Of a stretch of 38,684 nucleotides of DNA, positions 15,712-25,010 are shown one piece after another. A model generated the notes under the pieces. It was not told the origin of the DNA, made no database searches, and saw only the letters and a list, made by a program, of their open reading frames with translations. A program made the translations under genes and the position numbers. The stretch covers positions 1 through 38,684 of the forward strand of contig NIVC01004665.1 of NCBI GenBank assembly GCA_002269645.1. Reading direction: 5' to 3'. Within the stretch, counting starts at the first letter, position 1, and every line of letters begins with the position of its first letter. This stretch comes from Macrostomum lignano. Taxonomy: Eukaryota.

Positions 15712-16378
15712 GGTTGACGGTCATTTCGTCTGCCGCCTTTTCGTCTGCCGCCTTTTCGTCTGCCAATATACGATATAGTCGTTTCGTCTGCCAATATATA
15801 TAATATATAAATCGGAATAACTAATTATGTCATCAAGCTTCGCATGGAAGTGTAATGTAAATGTCTTATTAATTCTAATTTATTATAATGCTAGGATTTT
15901 TCTGCAAGTTCCGGAGCTAATATGTTGCATATATATAAATACACAAAGCCAGAAGCAAATATCTCCAAGTTCCAACCGTTTAGTTTCCTTCCAACTTTCT
16001 TTTTTTTCGTGTATGTAAACTCATATGCAATTTATTCACGAATACAAGTAGCTTAAATGCACAAAGTGTAAAATGTAAGGAGCAATCGAAATTGTAGGCA
16101 CAGAAAATGTAAACTCATGCAATTTATTCACGAATACAAGTAGCTTAAATGCACAAAGTGTTAAAAAAGGTAAGTTAGGTTTCGTAGAAAATGAAGAAAA
16201 ACAAAATGTATTTATAAATAAGAAAACATACTTAAAACTTGCTTATACTAATTTATTTTAATTCCCTACATAAAAATTACGAAATAAGTGAACCAAAATA
16301 AACATAAATAAAAAAGTCGTTTCGTCTGCTAAAATTCTTTGGCAGACGAAAAGGCGGCAGACGAAATGACCGCGGACC
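15712..16378. mobile_element. Non-autonomous DNA transposon (MITE) with GG termini and an 8-bp TSD; superfamily unassigned
   Basis: Perfect inverted repeat CGGTCATTTCGTCTGCCGCCTTTTCGTCTGCC (from 15718, to 16372); TSD TTTGGTGC at 15704-15711 and 16379-16386; internal ~55-bp direct duplication at ~16012 and ~16107. Confidence 0.8.
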
Positions 16379-17740
16379 TTTGGTGCTGCAGATATTATGT
16401 TTTGTTACACTTAAGCAAATTGATTTCTATACTGGGATACAAACTTGGGAGACAAAGCAATGGTATTCCCCACCATCTTTTACTGGAAGTATGTCCCTTT
16501 GGCAATACTTGTAAAATATAAGTGCATTTGCTGCTGCTATGCTAGGCCCACCTTTTTTGTCTGTGCTTATAGTATTATAATATAGTATGATACTATAATA
16601 TAATACAATAACATTCAACTCCAATGAGCCAAAAGTAAAAGACAGCCAATTCTAGAATAAATTTCTTAAAAATTTTGTTTTGTCAATTTTTCTCTAAAAA
16701 ACAATTATTTAATTTTTAGTACTAGTAAATCTTTTTTTTCATTTTTTAATGCCAATGCCAGCAATCTTTTAATCAATATTTGATATGGACTGATAACCTA
16801 TATATTTATTTCAATCACCTACTGTGTGATTTGCTCTCCATGAAGTGTACATAGTACTTATTTTATAATTACTTATTTAAATTCTTTTCGTTTCATTAGC
16901 CATGAAATTTTGTTCAAAGATTCATAGAAAAATTCTAGCTGCTCTTTCATATACTATATTTTTTACAAAACTTTACTCACTAAATGACTTGTATAACTTT
17001 TGACACATTTTTATAACACCTTAAAAGCTGCAAAAAAGTGTTAAAAAAAGTGCTATAATAGTTAACTTTTGCTGACACATTTTCTAACACTTTTTGCAAT
17101 ATTTTAATGTGTTTTTAGAAAGATTTGTTAGCAAAAGTTACATTTTAAATGTTGTAAAAGTATTGGAAGATATATCTTGTCTATAGTTGACAAAAGTTAT
17201 AAAGGTAGGTCTGGTATTGATTGATTGTTATTGTTTATTTAACTAGTCTGATAGCCAATGATTAATGAAAGTATAGGGAATTATAAAGATTTTTTGTTTC
17301 TAGATCAGAATTTTAAGGCCATGCTTAAGAAGTTAACAGGGTATATATTAGAATGAAATTTTGGCAATAGCTAATTGTGTTCAAAAAAATGAAATTCTGT
17401 ACCAGGAATATCTCTCTAAAAAGGTCATTTAAATGAAAGATTTTTTATTTTTATATGGCTTACCAGACTGTATACCAAATATACATAAAAAAATGTAGCA
17501 TATAAGGTACATTTTTTAAAGCATGGAAATAAAGTCTAGGCCTAAGGATAATAGATCAATCTGTGATTAAAACAGCTAGTTAAAGCAAGCAACAAAATTA
17601 AGTTTGTTTATCTTTCATGATTGGCTAGATAAAAAGTGACAAAAGAAGTTGTTATGATTTGTAGAAGTGTAGCTTGTCTAACAAATAGTAGGAAAATAAA
17701 CGTCAACAAAAACATAAAAAGTAAACTTTGGTAAATTCTA

Positions 17741-17778
17741 GCCAACGCATTTCATCAAACATAAGACGTCGTCAGGGC
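17741..17778 (-). ncRNA. Degenerate hammerhead-ribozyme core in the PLE 3' region
   Basis: The minus strand reads GCCCTGACGAC-GTC-TTATGTTT-GAT-GAAATGCGTTGGC, i.e. CUGANGA ... GAAA with a weak stem II. It lies ~160 nt downstream of the GIY-YIG ORF, where PLE hammerheads typically occur. Confidence 0.5.
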
Positions 17779-17934
17779 AAATTCAATCAACCTAAGATCA
17801 CACCACCAATATATTTAAGCAAAAATCACTGTACAGTCCAGAGGCGGGTCAACACAGTCCGGTAGAATTTAGAAAGTGCCAAGTACACAACAAAGTGAGA
17901 GAGAAAAAAAAATAATAAATAGGCATAGCTCTGC

Positions 17935-18690
17935 TCACAGTACTCTTAGCTTACGCTCCACCCCATTGCTAGCAAGCTGCACATTCAGGTTGGGTTTGTG
18001 CATTCTGATATATGAAGCTTCGATAATCTTAAGCTGGTGGTCAAATTTGCACCCATCCAGCACTTTAAAGAGCTGAATCGGTTCACCGTCACAGCATTTT
18101 TTACAAACAAGCAGATGGTCATTAATCGCAGAGCTTTTTAGCCAATGTTCCCTAGCTCTAGTGTGCAGGTGTCGCTTCGTTTTTCCAATGTAGGAAATGC
18201 TCTGATCCTCAGAGCAGCGAAATTGGTAAACAACACCAGCCCTTAGAGCAAGTGGAACAGCTGACTTGAGCCTGCTAGCATAGCAACCAATCTTTTCGGT
18301 GCGAAACACAATCCTAACGGTGCACTTAAGCCATTTGCTAAACATTTTCTCAAGTTTTTTCTTAAAGTCAAGTGAAGCGTTGCCAAAAAATAGGAGAACC
18401 AACAGAGCGTCCCAAGAATCTATCTCCGGTTGCCTGGGTCTCGCATTGCTAGAAACTTTCTTAGTGACAAATGCATTGATAATACGGCTGACAAAACTAA
18501 GAGGGTAACCGTTAGATCTAAGGATTTTAGTCAGGGCACAAACCTCTTGGTAAAATAAACTCCAAGAACTGCTCACCTCGTAGGCTCCATGAAGAAGGCA
18601 CCTAACTAACCCGGATTTCCAGTGAGTTGGACATAAAGCATGAAAACTTAACATCAGCCCAGTAAATGTCGGTTTACGGTAAACTTTCAT
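17935..18690 (-). mobile_element. 5'-truncated Penelope-like retroelement (RT thumb + GIY-YIG endonuclease)
   Basis: VYRKPTFTGLML..CPTHWKSGLVRCLLH..NGYP (PLE RT C-terminal region); GVVYQFRC..SYIGKTKRHLHTRAREH and LKIIEASYIRMHKPNLN (GIY-YIG). Confidence 0.9.
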
Positions 18691-19018
18691 AAGAGGACAG
18701 TGTCCAGAACAGAAAGAAATGTTATGATTTCTTCTCTAGTGGAAGACAATAAGCGAAGACCTCTTAATAACTGCTCTCTAAACAAAGTTTCTTATTTCAT
18801 GTTGTCATAACATTATTTTTTTATTTTCAAGCTTGAAGCATCGCTTCTTTAGCTTATGGCTAGGTGTATGACTGTATGTGCGACTGAGTCGTCTATGGCC
18901 ACACCCAACAGAAGTGTCTTCCCCATACTGCTAATGGTATCCTATTGCAGCCAATGGCCATTTTCAACTATCTAGCATCTGTGCATTTAGCACAGATTGG
19001 TCTTTAGCTATATAGGCA

Positions 19019-19214
19019 CAGCGTGGGTGGCGGGAGGTTGGGGCACCAGGGGCACATGCCCCCCCCCCCCTAGAAAATGAGTCTACATGGTATAGCATTT
19101 TTAGTGCTTTTTCTGATTTTAGGCCCTAATTAGCAGCTTATAAAGGTACCTGTGCCCCCTTTGCCCTGTGCCTGATGCCCCCCCCCCCTAAAATATTTGG
19201 CTCCACTGCCCCTG
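19019..19214. mobile_element. Short hAT-like MITE remnant
   Basis: Right end CTCCACTGCCCCTG (rc CAGGGGCAGTGGAG); internal GGGGCACATGCCCCCCC and TGTGCCCCC blocks. The left terminus is degenerate. Confidence 0.4.
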
Positions 19215-19482
19215 AGGCACAATCTAATATACTGATATAGTCTAGCACTAGAAAAGGGGGCATCTGGCACAGATCAGACCCTGACTACAAATGGGTGATA
19301 ATATAATACCTAGAGTAAGAAAATATAGCATATAGCATTAGCTAGTTTTTTCAGTAGAATAATGGTGCCATTTGGCATTCTAGGTCCAAAACCCTGATGC
19401 CAAACTGAAAACTAGAATTCCAGTTGGCATCAATAAAAAATGTTGAAATTAAGAAAATTCCTATCTTTCATCTGCCCCTCAC

Positions 19483-20345
19483 CAGTGTTGTTATAGGAAT
19501 TTCTGAAAAAAATTCCGCAGATTAAGAAAAATCTGCAGAATATATTTCTTATGAATTAGAAAGTTAAAAGATCCATTTTTAATCCTCAAAATACTTGTTC
19601 ACAATATTATTAAAACCAATTTCAACAACATCCTAACCAAGGAATCTAAATCCTAATGTATTTCAGGTCTCCTAAAGTAAAACGCTAACAATATAAAATT
19701 AGCATAGTAGCAAAGCGTATAAAATTAGTGGAGACATATAGAGGGAAAAGGAGAGATAGACGGAAAACAGACAGAGACAAATGCAGAGAGACAGAGAAAG
19801 AGAAAAAGTATCAATAGCAGCCTTGAAGCTCTGCATGTAACTGTTATCCCAATGAAGCACATTTTTCAGTATCTCCAATAGCTGAGGGTTGAGCCCTTGC
19901 ACCATCTCCTGCCTCGTTTGAAGTTCGGTGTCACAGAAGAACAGCCTGCAGAACTTGAATGAGCTTCTGTCACCAGGAAGAAGGCTGCCGATTTTATGGT
20001 AGATTTCCCTGTGAATGATCACACTGAGGTATCCACCAGGCATTTGCCGCTCCTCCACTCCTATTTATTTATATTCTATCAGCCAGATGGAACACTAGCT
20101 GATACAAGTCTGTCAGTTCAGCTATATTAAAAAAATTAAGTGATATAACAAAAAAATAAATGAAAATAGAAAACACAAAAAAGATAGGAACCATACTTGT
20201 AAATGTAAAACATTGTTTTTATATACAGTTTTGCAAAAAAAGAAAAAATCCACAGAAATTCAAAAACAAATAAAATAATCAGCATTTTCCTCAGAAAGCT
20301 AAAAAATCCGCAATGCAGAAATTTCCACAGCTTGTAACACCACTG
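19483..20345. mobile_element. hAT-like non-autonomous element containing a Helitron fragment
   Basis: Termini CAGTGTTGTTA ... TAACACCACTG; subterminal CCGCAG/TGCAGAA motifs at both ends; imperfect TSD CCCCTCAC / CCCCCAC. Confidence 0.6.
19810..20030 (-). pseudogene. Helitron Rep-helicase N-terminal fragment
   Basis: IYHKIGSLLPGD..KFCRLFFCDTE..GLNPQLLEILKNVLHWDNSYMQSFK resembles the recalled Helitron pattern YHxIGSLLP..FAQLYxxDT..L..NPY..F. Confidence 0.7.
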
Positions 20346-20944
20346 CCCCCCACAGTGCTCTTTCTAAGTCTAGGATACCAAAATAAAAGTCAGGATATCA
20401 TGGCACCTATATACCACAGAAAACCTAGAGTAATAGTAACCTATGCACTAAGGTTTTTATCAATAGGGTTGCTACATAGGCCTAATAACTTTCCAAATTA
20501 TATAATTCTAGCCTATGCAAAGAAATTTTAGCAACTGCATTAAAATTTATTGACACTTTAGATAACTATCAATAAAAAATAGGCCTTGATACTCAAATTT
20601 TTGCATTTTATTTGCTATTGGCTAATGCTAAGCAATGTATCTAGTTATTCTAATATCTGTAAGTCAACCAGGTTGTAAAAAATGGTTTTTATTGCAATAG
20701 TTATTTGTATTTATTTTATTTTTATATAGGTTAATCTAATATTTCATCAAATTACTTAATATTAGTAGACTTTAATACTTTATAATTACTATGCATGTTG
20801 TCAATATTAGTACAAAGCCACAAATGTTATCACAAGACTCGCAGTATGGAACTGTTAATGGAGCTCAAGGTTCTTCTGATGCTGCCATTGATCGTGTAAG
20901 CTCATAAATCATAATGAGAGATTAACAAGATTTGTAGTTGACAT

Positions 20945-21252
20945 GGGGGTTGTAGCCTAGTGGTCAGAGCATTGGACTCATGACTTGAAGGTTGGGTGTT
21001 CGATTCCCGAATCCCACTGGAGCAATTTGTGTCCTTGAGCAAGACACTTAACTCTGCATTGCTTCGGTTCACCCAGCTGTAAAATGGGTGCCAGCATTAG
21101 CTGGGGTAATTGAGGGTGTGTGTGGCGACCCCCCAGTCCTTGGACTGAACAGCCGTATGCAGCCTTCAGATGCGCCGCGCAATAGCTGCGGCTGAGCTGT
21201 CGGTTGCACATCTGCCCATTAGGGCAGGTGTAATCAATTATTATTATTATTA
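20945..21252 (+). mobile_element. Full-length tRNA-derived CORE-like SINE family B
   Basis: A box TAGCCTAGTGGTCAGAGC, B box GTTCGATTCC, central GTGTCCTTGAGCAAGACACTTAAC...CTGTAAAATGGG similar to the MIR/CORE domain, and an (ATT)n tail. Confidence 0.85.
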
Positions 21253-21402
21253 GTTGGCATGCTCTTGTCAAAGTAAAAATGAAACCTAATAGTATAAAAA
21301 AAAGTTATTTGCTTTAAAGCATTGTATTTTGGTATTACAGTATACTTATGGCACTTTCCATGACACCAAATTGAATTATTTTTATTTTAGATCGTTTGTG
21401 AC

Positions 21403-22542
21403 ATGCCCGGGACCTCACACAGTTCAGCTGCCAGAGATGAGTAAGTTTACCTGCCATTTTTACTGACTGAAGTTTGAAAATGCATATGTTATTTATTATG
21501 TCTGACAGTCCCAGAACCCTATGGGATAGAGAAAGAATGTTTTACAGTCCCATTAAGAATGCCCGATTCGTTTGCAGCGCCGATGCAGAGCCGGGTCCCG
21601 TGCCCAACATGAGCTTCAGCTATCAGGTCAGAACACACCGAACTCCGGCTCCATCGCGGCTGGATGTGATCAAAGCGCCACTGCTCAAATACGGTCCTAG
21701 GTGAGTAAACTTTACAGCTTCTTTTAGTCACTAAGGCTTGATTTGAATCGAACAGCAACGTCTTGTATACTGAAATCTTAATTTCTAGCTGGCTGTCCCA
21801 TCCTGAGATCCAGCATCACTGTCGCCTCATTCTGCTTTCGTCGTTTTTCTGCACCTTTGGCGTTGGTAAGCTTTATTATGTTTGTGTATTTGTTTTACTT
21901 CTAATGTCATTTCTTTCATCTCCTCTCCGTCTGGCTCACGCAGTGCTGCTGATAGTCGGCGTGTACATCCTGAGCGCGCCGCCGCATCCGAATTTCAGCG
22001 CCATCTTCATTGTTGGCGGAGTGATCATCTTCATTCCCGGCAGTGAGATTCTGACTGCTAATTTTGGCGTTGCACACTTTCCACCAACCCCAATCATATC
22101 GCTCACCCCTGCCTGCCCCCACCAACCCCAATCGATGTACATCGCTCACTCCCTGCCCGTCCTACCAACCCCATTCAATGTACATCGCTCACTCCCTGCC
22201 CGTCCCTACCAACCCCAATCAATGTACATCGCTCACTCCCTGCCCGTCCCTACCAACCCCAATGAATGGACATCGCTCAGTCCCTGCACATCGCTCACTC
22301 CCTGCTTTTCCCTGCCAACCCCAATCAATGTACATCGCTCACTCCCTACCCGTTTCTACCAACCCCAATCAATGTACATCGCTCATCCAACCTTGTCACC
22401 AGCAACCCTAATGAATGTACATGAATGTACATCGCTTACTTTTTTGTCAATCAATTCCGCAGTTTACCATTTGGTTTATGTTCTACGCGCCTATCACGGC
22501 CACGAAGGCTACTCATTCCAGGACCTGCCAATCATGGATTAG
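21403..22542 (+). CDS. TMEM134: TMEM134-like membrane protein. Exons 21403-21440, 21578-21700, 21789-21865, 21944-22042, 22463-22542; 138 aa (start codon could lie further upstream)
   Basis: The spliced product ends SWLSHPEIQHHCRLILLSSFFCTFGVVLLIVGVYILSAPPHPNFSAIFIVGGVIIFIPGIYHLVYVLRAYHGHEGYSFQDLPIMD, matching the recalled TMEM134 pattern SW..HP.I...SAIF..PG.YH....A..G..G..F..LP. All introns are GT-AG with consistent phases; total 417 nt. Confidence 0.82.
22085..22440. repeat. ~36-40-bp minisatellite in TMEM134 intron 4
   Basis: About 8-9 copies of CAATGTACATCGCTCACTCCCTGCCCGTCCCTACCAACCCCAAT. Confidence 0.9.
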
Positions 22543-23562
22543 TGATAGAATAAATGCTTGCAATCTCCTACTCGTACTGCAAATCCTCATTTGGTGTGAT
22601 TCAGTTTCATGTATTTATAAATAAAAAACTTTCATATTTTAATTCGTATAAAAATCTAGTCGCTAATTGGTGTGTATATTCTTGTACATACATTGTCACT
22701 CAATATATGCCTGCAATTTTTGTTATTTTATAAATTACCCAGCGTTTATGCTATTTTAACTTGCTTCACGTACTTTCTTCTATCGTTTGTGTTGTGAATT
22801 TTCTATTTGAAGTTGACTTAAGTCTGGCAACAGTTGCTGATAAGAACTGTTTTTTGCTGCAAGTCGGCTGACTTTACATGAAAATATTTTTTAACTACGC
22901 CTCAATATTAAAAAAAATATGTTTATTACGCGAGTAACATTGTGCGTTGCGGTTTATGACAGATTATTTATGGCAGGCTGCATCTACCATATTTGGTTCT
23001 GGCTAATGGGACGTTATTAGTTTTTAAAAAAAAGAAATTAAATTAGTGACTAGCTATCCATTAATCAGTGATACGAGCGTAATTGAAATTATGCGTTCCT
23101 GTCATTACATTTTTGCGAATAAAATTTTGATAGTTTTTGAGCACTTTGCTAACAGATATTTTTAATACTTCGTTTGCTTCTGGTCTGCCTTAATTATATT
23201 TTCCTTCAGAAGTTTCTTGTCTTTTTGCTGCTTTTTATATGGCAAGCTGTTTTAATCGTTAATTGTACCAGTAAGCTTAAAACGTACTAGCTTTGCTGTT
23301 TTGACTTTCGACTCCGTATTATAGATGTTTCGTACAGTTTTTTTTGTGACACCGAAAGAAAAGTAAAAATGAATGTTGTTATATGCTGATCCGACTAGGA
23401 TTCATCGCATAAATTACGTAACTTTTTGTAACATAAAGTTACTTTTTGTTGAATTAATGGTCTTATTCTATCCTCATACGTCACTCAGAAAGACCGCTCG
23501 CTAACCGAGAGCAGTATGTGTACGGGCTACGGGTACTGAGGAAAGAAAATAGGGTGGGGGTT

Positions 23563-24060
23563 GAATGGTCAGTTATGGCTTTACGCACTCCACGCGTGGA
23601 CACTGATAAGGACCGCTAGCCAAGAGCAATGAAGTAAGAGCATTGGCTGGGCCTGGGGAAGGGAAGTGAGGGTGTGGATTGAATAGTCAGTCATGGATTT
23701 ACGCACTCCACGCGTGGACACTGATAGGCTAGCCAAGAGCAATAAAGTGTAGGCATTGGCTGGGCCTGGGGAAGGGAAGTGAGGGTGTGGGCTGAATGGT
23801 CAGTCGTGGCTTTACGCACTCCACGCGTGGACACTGATAAGGACCGCTAGCCAAGAGCAATGAAGTAAGAGCATTGGCTGGGCCTGGGGAAGGGAAGTGA
23901 GGGTGTGGGCTGAGTGGTCAGTCGTGGCTTTACTCACTCCACGCGTGGACACTGATAAGGACCGCTAGCCAAGAGCATTGGCTCAATATGGCTGGGCAAG
24001 GAAAATGGGGGTGTTTGAATAGTCAGCTTCAAGCACTCTCCAAGCTAACGCGTGTAACGC
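23563..24060. repeat. ~112-119-bp tandem repeat, ~4.5 copies
   Basis: GGTCAGTCGTGGCTTTACGCACTCCACGCGTGGACACTGATAAGGACCGCTAGCCAAGAGCAATGAAGTAAGAGCATTGGCTGGGCCTGGGGAAGGGAAGTGAGGGTGTGG recurs at ~23566, 23685, 23797 and 23916. Confidence 0.9.
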
Positions 24061-25010
24061 TTCTAGCCAATAGTAATAAGGGGTTGAAAGATGTCGAAAG
24101 ATTGTACTATGTGACGTCGTAGTAACTAATTTTTTTTTCGGCGCGCTAGCTTTTTTTCGTAAAGTATCGCATGTGTGTGTTTATTTTTTACTTCATTATA
24201 TTACTGCTTCTGCTTGCTTACGGAGTTAATCAGTTGTTGGCAACTTAAATCGAATGAATCTCAGAAATATACCATATACGCTTTGGCACATTACCGTAAA
24301 TGCCCAACAAGAACGCCATTATTGAAAGGCAGTGTTTTAAGTCACTGCTACTTTTCTCCCCGGAAGCAATTCCTGGAAATTTATTAAAACAAGTTCTTTG
24401 TTTTATTATTATTTAATTTTAAGTACATTGGTAAAAACCCAATAGTTTTGCTATTGTCGCAATGAACTGCGGCCAAAAACCTGTTGGTTTTTCTTTGCCT
24501 GAAAGGATATAAAGTTCAAGGATACAAGCTTGCAAAATCATTCTGTATATTTGGATTGAGAACTAAAAATAAGAATGAATTGCCAAACCCCCGTATTTCT
24601 AAAGTTTTTGAATCAGTCGCTGGAGCCTTGCGGGTTGCCCCTCGTGGATGTGAATTTCGCGACGACCCCGGCATAAGTCGAATACGTATTTCTTGTTTAT
24701 AGGCTTGGACTCAAAACGTCCAGCTGTTCAAATCACAGACTGTCAATGGTATAATCTATTATAAAATATGAATATATGTTTGAATTGCGTGCATAATTAA
24801 TAAGGACTGAGCAAATCAGTAAAATGGACTGAACAAGAATGCAAATCATTAACGTAACAAAACAACTCGCTGACAAATCAACAGTTAGAATTACATGTGT
24901 AAACAAAAACATTCAATTGTAATAATAGAAATTTTTTGACGTTGTCATGCTCTAACTGCACTACTGACTGTTAACTAAGTAGTGTAGTAAAAACTAGAAA
25001 AAATTACTAG

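Noticed and set aside
14027-21252. tRNA genes at 14030 and 20945
   Set aside because: Only the A/B-box heads are tRNA-like; they continue into SINE bodies with tails (and a TSD for the 14027 copy).
21763-22542. Single 259-aa ORF with QSMYIAHSLP repeats
   Set aside because: It is read-through of TMEM134 introns; the spliced model explains the conserved parts.
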